Shown: positions 20,201 through 28,680 of the stretch, piece after piece
How the letters are laid out: each line of letters opens with the position of its first letter
Position numbering within the stretch: position 1 is the first letter of the stretch
Source: Ruminococcus bicirculans (ex Wegman et al. 2014)
Lineage (GTDB): Bacteria; Bacillota; Clostridia; Christensenellales; DTU072
DNA length: 64,000 bases
Direction of reading: 5' to 3'
Assembly (NCBI GenBank): GCA_963642145.1
Contig: CAVIFU010000001.1
Span: 4,645 to 68,644, forward strand
Program-made: the position numbers and the translations under genes
Notes under the pieces: model-generated
The model's database searches: none
Seen by the model: only the letters and a program-made list of their open reading frames with translations
Told to the model about the DNA's origin: nothing

Positions 20201-23200
20201 AGAAACCGATACTTTAACCGGAATAAAGATAACGCCTTGGACGATAAAAGTTAAATACTATACCGGCAATAGCACAGAGGTCGAAGATTTAGTATATAAA
20301 GGCGCTACATTTATAGGCAAGGAAGATGGTTTACATGTTAAACTCATCACGGAAGGTACCGGACTTACCGACGGCAACTTAAAGCTCGAATATGATGGCA
20401 CTGCGGTAAGTGCAGGAGATTACACCGCGACGCTTTCTCTTGTAGAAGGCAGTGGCGTGCGTATATCGGATTTTAGCTTAAAAGAAGAACAAAAGACTCA
20501 AAGTTTTACGATTCTCCCTAAAGAAGTTCACGTTATCTATGGAGACTTATCGTTTGTCTACGACGGGGACGCAAAGGAGATAAAAGCCAATGTAGATGAA
20601 AAAGATGTTGTCTACGGCGATCAGACGCCGAATCTTGGCATAGCATACGAGGGTCGCTCTACCGCCCCGCAAAACGTCGGAAACTATAAAGCAATCGCCG
20701 CGATAAGTGGTAACGACAATTACGTAGTTGCGAGTGATTGCGCCCAAAAAGAGTTCACAATCACGCAACGCCCGATTAGCGATAGTGACGTTACTATTGG
20801 CGAAATATCGGACCAAACTTATACAGGGGGAGCCGTTACGCCCGTGGTAACGATTACCTTTAAAGGCAAACAACTCGGAAAAGACTACGTTTATACCCTC
20901 GATAGCAAAAATGATTATGCCCTCGAATATAGCGACAACGTAAATGCCGGAGAGGAGGCTAAGGTTATTAAAATCACCGGAAAAGGTAATTTTGGCGGCA
21001 ATACTTATACGCGCTTTAAAATTAACCCTAAATCTTTAGAAATTACAGTTAAAGACGCGTCAGACGAACGATATTATGACGGAACGGCGCACGAACTCGG
21101 CATAAGCGTTGACGGCGTTGTTAAAGGCGAAAAAGTAAATATCAAAGTCGAATACAAGAAATGGGATAGCGAAAGCGGTAGCGAAACCGCCGTTGACGAC
21201 AACAAGTGCGTAAATGCCGGCACATATGTTGCGTATTTCTCGTTGGATGAAAGCACCGACGTCGCCGCGAACTATGTGATTGACAGCGAAAATTTGGAAA
21301 AGGTAAACCGCACGCAGTTTACGATATCGCCTAAGCCGATAGGCATTACATTTAGCGGATATGGCTTGACGTATAACGGATGTAAACAAGAAATAAAGGT
21401 AGACTTGAATTCTGCAGATATTTGTGACGGAGACGTCCTCACGGTGAGCATAACAGATTACTTAGATTCACGATTGACCAAAATTGACGGTTCGCCTCTA
21501 AACGCAGGAAGTTATACCGCTATAGCCGGTTTGGGCGGTGACGCTAAAGCCAACTACACAATTTCCGGTAGTGGTAGACAACCCTTCACGATAAAGCCGT
21601 TTGAACTTGATGTGTCCTACGATGACGCTACGGCGGAAACGACGTATAACGGTTCTTCGCAGGACATAACTTGTTACTTCAAAATTACCGTAGATAGCGG
21701 TTATAGCAAGGATTTTCTGAATGAGTTAGCGAATCTCACGCCGAGTTTGACATATGCGATGAACGGTACCACAGATAACGAACATAAAAACTGCGGTACG
21801 TACTCCGTGAGCGCGACGTGCACGAATTCAAACTACATAGTAAAAAACAATACCGCAAGCTTTACGATTAACCCTAAATCCTTGGAAGTTACAGTTAACG
21901 ACGCGTCCGACAAACGATATTATGACGGAACGGCGCACGAACTCGGCATAAGCGTTGACGGCGTTGTTAAAGGCGAAAAAGTAAATATCAAAGTCGAATA
22001 CAAGAAATGGGATAGCGAAAGCGGTAGCGAAACCGCCGTTGACGACAACAAGTGCGTAAATGCCGGCACATATGTTGCGTATTTCTCGTTGGATGAAAGC
22101 ACCGACGTCGCCGCGAACTATGTGATTGACAGCGAAAATTTGGAAAAGGTAAACGGCACGCAGTTTGCGATATCACAGCGTTGGCTTGGAATACAATTCG
22201 GAGAATACGGCAAGAATGACTACGACGGCAAAGAGCATACGTTCAACGTGACCGTTAATTCCAATGGCGGCAAGGTCAGTGACGGAACGGACGCATATGG
22301 CGATTACAACAGCGGTATTGTCAACAAAGATGAGGTTAACTTTGTATATGTCATCTACAAAGTTGAAAGCGAATCTCGCTTTAAGGTTGATTTTGCGCAT
22401 GATGTAGGAACATATGTATGCAATGTCGCCGGCGTAGATAATCCGAACTATTGCTTGTATGAAGACGAGGAAAATCCTTTGTCCGCAACTTTGGAAATAG
22501 GCAGGAAAGCGATTACGTTCTTCCCTAAGAATGTCTCCAAGATATATGGCGATAGCGACGACTCATGCGATCTTACGTGCGTTGTGGACGGCGTTAGCGG
22601 TGAAAAAATCACCGTAAAGATGATACGAAAGGGTGCGCCGATAGACGGTTCGATTCAACCCGAATACGAGGTTAGCGGTACGTACGAATATGTAGGGTAC
22701 TCTATCGTCGGAAATGCTACCGGCGATAATTACAAAACTGCGCTAAACTATGATATTAGCATTGATGAAAAGAATACCGCAACGTTTATAATCAACAAAC
22801 GCACGATATCCGTAACGCCGGACACTTTCACAAAGGATTACGGAGATCCGGACCCCGAGCTCACGAAAGAAATCGGTGTATATACCGCTATTTTCGGTGA
22901 TAAGAGCGTTTCTGTTACGTTTGAACGCGCAAGCAACGAAATCGACGCCGGTATATATAATCTGAAAAATACAATAGCAAAAGTAAGCGATTCGGCAAAC
23001 TTCGAGTACATTTATGTGCCGGGCTCCAATATCGATAAATTTGTAATTTACGGCAAAGCGGTACATGTGAGGTTAAATCCCGACAATTTGATTAAGGACT
23101 TTGGAAAATCCGATCCCGATCTGTATAAAGCTATTGCCTATATCAACGTAGCCGAGTGCGGTAGCGATAGCGCAATCTATAAGGCTTATAATGAATATGT

Positions 23201-25457
23201 GCGTGAGCAACCGAGCGACGAAGGCTTCCCGTGGGCAAACTATGTAAAAATAGAAAGGGGCGCGGGAGACCATCACACCGAAGACGGATATGCCGTAATA
23301 TTGGAATTCTACCAAAACGGTAGCACCAATACGGATAATAACTACCGCGCCGTATTCGTCGATGAGAACAATAAGCAAGTCGAATACAAATTCTACATCA
23401 ACAAGGTGAAGCTCACATATGACGATGTCAAGCCCGAAAAAGTGATAACGTCCAAAATCTATGACGGCAACAGAGCTGCCGAAGTTGAGCAAACCAAAGA
23501 GTCTGTCAGCCGTATCGTGACGGCGGTTGCAACGTATGATGACGCCAATGTCGGCACCGGCAAAAAGATCACGATAAGCTTTGTGATACAGCAAGACGAC
23601 TACAAAAACGACTATGAGTTGCCCGAAGCGCAAGTGTATACGGAAGAAGGCAAAATCGAACATAAAAAGCTCAATGTCACGCTCGGCGTAAACGGCTCCG
23701 CGGATGACACCTTGCAACTCATGTATGGCGAAACGGCAGAAGGCATGCTTGGAATAACTTACAGCGGCTTCCTGAGCGGTGAGAATCAAAACAAGGTAAA
23801 TCCCAAAATAGAAGTAAAAGCCATGTACAATGATCTCGTCGAACTTAACGAAATTCGAGATGTCGCAAGCGGTTACAAAATACAATTATACGTTAAAGGC
23901 GATGATTCCGAATACACCGGTAGCAATGTGTATCTGGGCAACTATTTCGTAAATATTGAGGGCTCAAAAAGCGTTACCGTCAATATCACGGCAAAAAGCG
24001 TTGTTGTCAGCGCAAAAGACGATGTAGTGTACGAGAAACCCGTTGACGGCACGAGTGACTCGCATATAGATAAGAGCTACTATACCATATCCGAATTGCT
24101 CGATGCGGACAAAGACTCTGTGGACATTGAGTTTACCCAATCTCTAACCGCAAATACCGTCGGCGAGACGCAAGTTTACGTTAGAGACATTCGTTTGAGC
24201 GGAGCCAAGGCAAACAACTATGTGTTGGAGACAAAGGACTTTTACGTGTCTGCGAGGATCCTTAGTTTGGTAGAATCGGCGTCTATGGTAGACAAAGAAG
24301 TCGATTATAACGGCGTGCCTCAAACATTGGAACCCGAGATCGACAATTTGTACAGCGGAGCAACCCACTACGCAAAGGTCTATGTCAAGTACAAAGGTCG
24401 CACGGTCGAATATGGCGGAGAAGACGGCATTTCGGAGGCTCCGTCAAACGTAGGCGAATACACCGTGATGTGCTTTGTCGGTCTGTATGGTAAAGACGGC
24501 GTCGAAACCTACTCCGATAAACTTGCGGAGGCAAAGCTTACGGTTAAAGCTATAACGCCTACCATAGAGTTGAGCGGATCGCTCAAACAAGTTTACGGTA
24601 GCTTTACGAAAATAACCGCCATAGCAAAAGCCGTAGGCGGTTTGGAAGAGCCCGTTACGGTTAATTACTCCTTTGCCGACGAAAACGGCAACCTTCCCAA
24701 GTTCCCCGCAGCCGGTACTTACAGCGTTACCGCTACATACGAGGGCAAGGTCGGAGGCAACTACAACAGAGCCTACATCGAACAAGAATTGATTATCAAG
24801 CAAAAAGAAATAACCGTATCGATATCCGGTTACGAAAATCTTGTTTATGACGGCAAAGACAGATCTTCCGATATTCAAGTCGAGTTTGACGGAGTGGTCG
24901 AGGACGATACTTGCGAGCCTGTCAAGGTGTTTAGTCCGAGCGTCGTCAAAGACGCAGGCAGCTATTCCTTAGTCATCAAACCGGGTAACAAGAGTTACAA
25001 GGTTATGGGTAGCAATTCCATAACGTTCTACATCGCCAAAAAGACATTGAAAGTCACTGCCGATGTCGCAACCGCGGAAGTTGGCAAAGCTCCTACATAT
25101 ACCATAAAGTATGAAGGATTTGTCGGCGATGACGAAGCCACGGATTTGGATCATCAACCCTCCGTCAAGTTGACTGCAGGCAAAGTAGGCGTTAACGAGG
25201 TGCAATACAACAAGGGAAGCGATAAGAACTACGAGCTCGAGTACGTTGAAAGCACTTATACCATAACGTATACTCCGCTGGAAAAGGATAAAGACAAAGC
25301 CACGCCGTATCTTGTCGGCTTAGGCATAGCCGGCGGCATAGGAATTGTTGTTGGTCTCGGATTCCTCGGCAGGGGTATCGCAATGAACGCCGTTTACAGA
25401 TCCGGAGTATCCAAACGCGAGATACGCAAAAGGGTCTACAAGAAAAAGCGCAAATAG
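17229..25457 (+). CDS. giant (~2742 aa) surface protein: N-terminal signal anchor, GLUG-motif region, more than 20 MBG-type repeats, C-terminal TM anchor with basic tail
   Basis: I start it at ATG 17229 (AGGAG 7 nt upstream; MDSNGKKQKR plus a hydrophobic helix) rather than track start 17172. AGGLIGR/AGGLIGE are GLUG motifs. Repeats follow the YDG....AG.Y......NY pattern. The end is LVGLGIAGGIGIVVGLGFLG plus a K/R tail. No LPXTG motif. Confidence 0.88.
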   Translation: MDSNGKKQKRLHILKVLGIALVMVAIVGASAVFATFAANEPSSFVEMIRAEAATEINSGNVNSLFVDSGTVSGDYTLASDITVTNKVRRGTFRGTLDGNGKTITISGDAQETLSNNQDVVGALFGTVTGTIKNVTIVFGGTFAVNAQSNERGTPDTSTTIYAGIVCGKAKDNAKFDNVELIINGTVSAVGTDGYYGYEEVKVSWTTKTYAYNKSCGQGAVAGGLIGRSEGAILNDVVLTNNGSIYAHGENQDAGCSIINVKSPKSSDTHGDRAIAGGLIGEIANKTEATSITVAGDGVVGAYSNGLGVGGTIWENALRTNAAGLVLGSYYDANSTFTCTGMWFKATGKAYVAQLDSDKKVRAGLLAGRAGATTTSFLSLWYNLTECGKSAVGQQTFASAPSKKSSVTVSSSLNDGKTIDSIGVGNGTITYTNTHKYEYAISTVVGTAKITRLYNNLLTVDVDCSEYNGKKTNEAKYWISALSYKRSGSTHKYEYAISTVVDKVSTVVGTAKITRLYNNLLTVDVDCSEYNGKKTNEAKYWISALSYKRSGSTTYKNIYNKLTDKYAYNEKLTDQYTFEDDEAVPVDCESYEVHFAQISKNMYYDYVSEKSFNNVGVLFTGTPIKGSNISSDLRWGAVDQNASELKDYTAYGKDGSYEFRTSEHAGTYLMVLYRKVGDTYRAVEDGEVIGASSTDAPNTIFVYENAQKNITINPAKVEFQAIKDAVYSKEYDTTKDIVGSLTFGTHFSFVYADSKEKIPTTPTVDFDRETSYFDSESVGKNKTITIVGLTVTGDYFLSEAQNFELTGEITTRAIGIEWSNTELTYNGSVQFPIATATNLLEGDKEKVSFTIETYGYDGTEATPDPVKAIDVAQYYAKVVGTASSAGDNYKLPTDLNICSSAFEIKPKEVSLVWTNLGEEGADSAVFSNAEKNVGCEVKEDGLCGEDTKDTIGLTVTYYTLNEKSEWVSTTLFHAADYKAQATISSKNYVLTEETDTLTGIKITPWTIKVKYYTGNSTEVEDLVYKGATFIGKEDGLHVKLITEGTGLTDGNLKLEYDGTAVSAGDYTATLSLVEGSGVRISDFSLKEEQKTQSFTILPKEVHVIYGDLSFVYDGDAKEIKANVDEKDVVYGDQTPNLGIAYEGRSTAPQNVGNYKAIAAISGNDNYVVASDCAQKEFTITQRPISDSDVTIGEISDQTYTGGAVTPVVTITFKGKQLGKDYVYTLDSKNDYALEYSDNVNAGEEAKVIKITGKGNFGGNTYTRFKINPKSLEITVKDASDERYYDGTAHELGISVDGVVKGEKVNIKVEYKKWDSESGSETAVDDNKCVNAGTYVAYFSLDESTDVAANYVIDSENLEKVNRTQFTISPKPIGITFSGYGLTYNGCKQEIKVDLNSADICDGDVLTVSITDYLDSRLTKIDGSPLNAGSYTAIAGLGGDAKANYTISGSGRQPFTIKPFELDVSYDDATAETTYNGSSQDITCYFKITVDSGYSKDFLNELANLTPSLTYAMNGTTDNEHKNCGTYSVSATCTNSNYIVKNNTASFTINPKSLEVTVNDASDKRYYDGTAHELGISVDGVVKGEKVNIKVEYKKWDSESGSETAVDDNKCVNAGTYVAYFSLDESTDVAANYVIDSENLEKVNGTQFAISQRWLGIQFGEYGKNDYDGKEHTFNVTVNSNGGKVSDGTDAYGDYNSGIVNKDEVNFVYVIYKVESESRFKVDFAHDVGTYVCNVAGVDNPNYCLYEDEENPLSATLEIGRKAITFFPKNVSKIYGDSDDSCDLTCVVDGVSGEKITVKMIRKGAPIDGSIQPEYEVSGTYEYVGYSIVGNATGDNYKTALNYDISIDEKNTATFIINKRTISVTPDTFTKDYGDPDPELTKEIGVYTAIFGDKSVSVTFERASNEIDAGIYNLKNTIAKVSDSANFEYIYVPGSNIDKFVIYGKAVHVRLNPDNLIKDFGKSDPDLYKAIAYINVAECGSDSAIYKAYNEYVREQPSDEGFPWANYVKIERGAGDHHTEDGYAVILEFYQNGSTNTDNNYRAVFVDENNKQVEYKFYINKVKLTYDDVKPEKVITSKIYDGNRAAEVEQTKESVSRIVTAVATYDDANVGTGKKITISFVIQQDDYKNDYELPEAQVYTEEGKIEHKKLNVTLGVNGSADDTLQLMYGETAEGMLGITYSGFLSGENQNKVNPKIEVKAMYNDLVELNEIRDVASGYKIQLYVKGDDSEYTGSNVYLGNYFVNIEGSKSVTVNITAKSVVVSAKDDVVYEKPVDGTSDSHIDKSYYTISELLDADKDSVDIEFTQSLTANTVGETQVYVRDIRLSGAKANNYVLETKDFYVSARILSLVESASMVDKEVDYNGVPQTLEPEIDNLYSGATHYAKVYVKYKGRTVEYGGEDGISEAPSNVGEYTVMCFVGLYGKDGVETYSDKLAEAKLTVKAITPTIELSGSLKQVYGSFTKITAIAKAVGGLEEPVTVNYSFADENGNLPKFPAAGTYSVTATYEGKVGGNYNRAYIEQELIIKQKEITVSISGYENLVYDGKDRSSDIQVEFDGVVEDDTCEPVKVFSPSVVKDAGSYSLVIKPGNKSYKVMGSNSITFYIAKKTLKVTADVATAEVGKAPTYTIKYEGFVGDDEATDLDHQPSVKLTAGKVGVNEVQYNKGSDKNYELEYVESTYTITYTPLEKDKDKATPYLVGLGIAGGIGIVVGLGFLGRGIAMNAVYRSGVSKREIRKRVYKKKRK
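18524..18884. repeat. tandem direct duplication inside the giant gene (168-bp unit, then a 189-bp unit carrying a 21-bp internal micro-duplication)
   Basis: cactcacaagtacgagtatgcgatatctacggtcgtc... recurs at 18524 and 18692. The protein repeat is THKYEYAISTVV(DKVSTVV)GTAKITRLYNNLLTVDVDCSEYNGKKTNEAKYWISALSYKRSGS. Confidence 0.9.
21021..21328. repeat. copy 1 of a dispersed intragenic repeat (partner at 21867-22174, offset 846 bp)
   Basis: About 242 bp (21067-21308) is identical by eye to 21913-22154. The same shadow ORF appears twice in the track (21074..21256 and 21920..22102). Confidence 0.9.
21867..22174. repeat. copy 2 of the dispersed intragenic repeat
   Basis: See copy 1. The flanks diverge by scattered substitutions (KDASDER vs NDASDKR; NRTQFTISPKPIGITF vs NGTQFAISQRWLGIQF). 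Confidence 0.9.
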
Positions 25458-25470
25458 ATAATTTTTATTA

Positions 25471-25508
25471 AAGATCGCCATACTAACATATGTATGGTGA
25501 TCTTTTTT
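25471..25508 (+). terminator. rho-independent terminator after the giant gene
   Basis: Stem AAGATCGCCATAC / GTATGGTGATCTT (one G-T pair) followed by a T-run. Confidence 0.75.
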
Positions 25509-26044
25509 CATTGCAACATAAATAATAGCGGCGCGGTTGAGGCGGAAGTAAAATGTGGTATGTTTGCGGCAAGATTCCGTTTGACTTTCGGCAATAACGT
25601 TTTGCTTGCGGAAACCAAACGCTCCAAGCATGTAAAGAATATTGATTTTTGCAAGGGCGCCGATGCGTATAAGCTTATTAACGTCGTCTTGACGGCAGGA
25701 CTTCCGCCCGTCGACGCTATATCGATAATTAGATACAATTTGCGAATAACAGGTTGTTCTCAAACACGAAAATCAATTTTTATTATAAATTTAGGCTTAA
25801 CTCATAATACAATAACGGCAAATTCATATGTAGCGCCTGCAAAACTGCATATGTGCGACGCATGCGGAAGCGTTTGTTTCGAGTTCGATTCCGCGATAAA
25901 AATTAAATTTACAAGTATATTACCATACGTTACGCGGATACTATTTGCGAGGTGAAATATGCAAGATATTATATTCAGCGTACAATTGCGTTTAGGCAAA
26001 CGCAACGAGAACGCGTTAACGGAAAAGAAGCAGTCGGAATCCGA

Positions 26045-27217
26045 ATGCGAGGCAAGCGGTATAGAGAAATGGTTAAACACGGCTCGACAAATAATAAAGA
26101 ACGTGCACTCAAAGCACTGATTCCGATTGTCGTTGCGGCGATTGCTCTTGCCGCGTTTGTCGCGCCCGAGGTTTCGGTCGCGAACAACGGCTCTGCGGAA
26201 GCGTCGGTGAGCGGCGCTTCCGCGTATGTTGTCATCGAGGCAAGTTCCGGCAGAATTTTGAAGGGCAGCAACGTAGCCGCACGATTGCCCATGGCGAGCA
26301 CAACCAAGGCGATGACCGCGATAGTGGTATTGGAGCATGCCGATTTGCAAGATACCGTTACCGTACCGAAATGCGCCGTAGGCGTGGAGGGTAGCTCCAT
26401 ATACTTGAAAGAGGACGAAAAATTTACCGTTAAAGAGCTGCTGTACGGTCTGATGTTGCGTTCCGGCAACGATGCCGCCGTCGCTCTTGCCGTCCATGTT
26501 GCCGGCAGCGTCGAGTCTTTTGCCGAGCTTATGAACAGAAAAGCGAGCGAGCTCACTTTGCGCAATACGCATTTTGTCAATCCGCACGGGCTTTCAGCAA
26601 AGGGACATTATACGTCGGCATACGATTTAGCCGTAATTGCGGCGTACGGTTTGCAAAATCCCGCGTTCAAAGAAATCGTATCCGCCAAGTCGGTTACCAT
26701 TAAGCGCGATACGCCGGAAGACTCACGTTTTTTTGCCAATAAAAACCGCATTTTATACAGCTATAACGGCGCGAACGGAGTAAAAACAGGTTATACAAAG
26801 GAAGCCGGCAGATGTTTGATAGCGTCAAGTTTGCGCGGAGAAATGCAGGTGGTCGCGGTAGCGCTCAACATCTACGATTACTTCAACGTATGCGCGGAAC
26901 TCATGAATTACGCTCACGAAAATTATGAGATGCGCAAGGTCGCCGATTCGAGCGTACCGCAGGGGCGCGTAAAAGTCAAGCACACGTTTTTCAAGGGAGA
27001 AACGGATGTTTTTGTCAAAGAGGACAGATATTATCCCGTCAAGAAAGACGGTTCGGAAGTAATTTCCGCGCAAACGGAAATAGTCGATTGCGTTTCCGCG
27101 CCGCACGGCGGAAGCGAAAGTGTCGGCGAGGTCAAAATATTTGTGGATAACCGCTTGATATTTACCGAAAAATTATATACTATATATGATGTAAAAAAGA
27201 AGATATTTCCGTTTTGA
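26045..27217 (+). CDS. D-alanyl-D-alanine carboxypeptidase (S11), second paralogue
   Basis: SxxK (ASTTKAMT), SGND (LRSGNDAA) and KTGYT motifs, with an N-terminal TM/signal segment. The start is uncertain (ATG 26045 or 26069); the track start 25952 lacks support. Confidence 0.88.
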   Translation: MRGKRYREMVKHGSTNNKERALKALIPIVVAAIALAAFVAPEVSVANNGSAEASVSGASAYVVIEASSGRILKGSNVAARLPMASTTKAMTAIVVLEHADLQDTVTVPKCAVGVEGSSIYLKEDEKFTVKELLYGLMLRSGNDAAVALAVHVAGSVESFAELMNRKASELTLRNTHFVNPHGLSAKGHYTSAYDLAVIAAYGLQNPAFKEIVSAKSVTIKRDTPEDSRFFANKNRILYSYNGANGVKTGYTKEAGRCLIASSLRGEMQVVAVALNIYDYFNVCAELMNYAHENYEMRKVADSSVPQGRVKVKHTFFKGETDVFVKEDRYYPVKKDGSEVISAQTEIVDCVSAPHGGSESVGEVKIFVDNRLIFTEKLYTIYDVKKKIFPF

Positions 27218-27226
27218 GGTATTGAC

Positions 27227-27934
27227 GTGAGACTTAACAAATATATTGCCGAGTGCGGCGTGACGTCGAGGCGCGGAGCCGACAAGCTCATCGAAGAAGG
27301 CGTTGTCAAAGTAAACAACAAGGTTATAACCGTTCTCGGATTCGATGTGAACGAAGATAACGACACCGTCACGGTAAACGGGCAAAAGATTACGCCCGTA
27401 AGCCGTGATATATACATAATGCTCAATAAACCGAAGGGTTGCGTTACGACGGTCAAGGATGACAAAGGACGCAAAACGATTATGGACTACATTCCCCAAA
27501 AAGACAAAAGACTTTTCCCGGTAGGCAGACTCGATTACGATACGGAAGGACTGGTTCTTTTGACCAACGACGGAGATTTGGCGTATAAACTTACGCATCC
27601 GTCGCACGAGATCCCCAAAACATACATAGCCAAAGTTGAGGGCGACGTTCCGGAAGCGGAGCTTGCCAAACTTCGCAACGGCGTACCGCTCGACGGCATT
27701 ACGACGCACCGCGCAAAGGTCAAAAAGCTCGGTACGGAAGACGGGCTTTCTCGCATAGAAATAACTATTTTCGAGGGCAAGAATCGTCAGGTCAGGCGCA
27801 TGTTCGAATACATAGGCTTTAACGTAGCTTTCCTTAAACGAGTACAAATAGGGGATTTGAAGCTCGGCGGACTCGGCAGAGGCATGAGCCGTTATCTTAC
27901 GGACAAAGAAATTGACTTAATTAAGAGGCTGTAA
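27227..27934 (+). CDS. rluB: 23S rRNA pseudouridine synthase, RluB/RsuA family
   Basis: S4 domain (RLNKYIAECGV.SRR.ADKLI..G.V.VN) and catalytic VGRLDYDTEGL.LLTNDG. GTG start after GAGGT. Confidence 0.92.
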   Translation: MRLNKYIAECGVTSRRGADKLIEEGVVKVNNKVITVLGFDVNEDNDTVTVNGQKITPVSRDIYIMLNKPKGCVTTVKDDKGRKTIMDYIPQKDKRLFPVGRLDYDTEGLVLLTNDGDLAYKLTHPSHEIPKTYIAKVEGDVPEAELAKLRNGVPLDGITTHRAKVKKLGTEDGLSRIEITIFEGKNRQVRRMFEYIGFNVAFLKRVQIGDLKLGGLGRGMSRYLTDKEIDLIKRL

Positions 27935-28680
27935 TGCGTATACTGTTAACAAACGATGACGGTTATTCCGCATACGGCATTAACGCAATGGCTCGCGTTT
28001 TGTGCAAGGAGCACGAAGTTACCGTTATCGCACCTATTAAATGCAACAGCGGCAAAGCGCATGCGATGACGTTCGGCAAGCCCGTTTATCTCAAAAAGGT
28101 ATCGTGCGGAGCGCCGTATCCGTGCTACTCCGTATCCGGCACGCCGGCGGATTGCGTCAAGCTCGGCGTCGAACTTGCCGGCAACAATCCCCCGGATATT
28201 GTCATTTCCGGCATAAATACCGAGCCGAATATCGGCACGACGGTAGTTTATTCCGGTACTTGCGCGGCGGCAATGGAGGCAAACTTACTCGGAGTCAAGT
28301 CCATAGCCGTTTCCGGCAACCCCGAAGATGACGCCGACTATGACTACATGGCGGATTTCTTCTATCGGCATTTCGATTATTATCTTTCGCTTTGTTCTGC
28401 AGAGTACGCGCTGAACATCAACATAAACAATAGACGTATAGGCAACAAAGAGCACAAACTTACGCCCATCGGCAGGCGCATATTCAGCGATATATATCTT
28501 GTCGGAGACTTGGACGAGAACGGCATTCCGCATACTCTCGTAGGCAACCCCATATACGCGCAAAACGATCCCGACTGCGACGTGGAGTGGTTCGAGTCGG
28601 GATACCCGACGATAACGCCCATAACGTCCGATCATACAGCCGTCAAAGAGCTTGCCGAGCTCAAAAAGAGGGGCTTATGA
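27934..28680 (+). CDS. surE: 5'/3'-nucleotidase SurE
   Basis: MRILLTNDDGY N-terminus, SGIN.G.N.G..V.YSGT. Confidence 0.93.
   Translation: MRILLTNDDGYSAYGINAMARVLCKEHEVTVIAPIKCNSGKAHAMTFGKPVYLKKVSCGAPYPCYSVSGTPADCVKLGVELAGNNPPDIVISGINTEPNIGTTVVYSGTCAAAMEANLLGVKSIAVSGNPEDDADYDYMADFFYRHFDYYLSLCSAEYALNININNRRIGNKEHKLTPIGRRIFSDIYLVGDLDENGIPHTLVGNPIYAQNDPDCDVEWFESGYPTITPITSDHTAVKELAELKKRGL

Noticed and set aside
25864-25895. tRNA T-arm-like string GAGTTCGATTCCGCG with a flanking GCGGAA/TTCCGC stem.
   Set aside because: The stem encloses a ~19-nt loop rather than a 7-nt T-loop. No acceptor, D or anticodon arms can be drawn around it, so it is not a tRNA or a recognisable tmRNA fragment.
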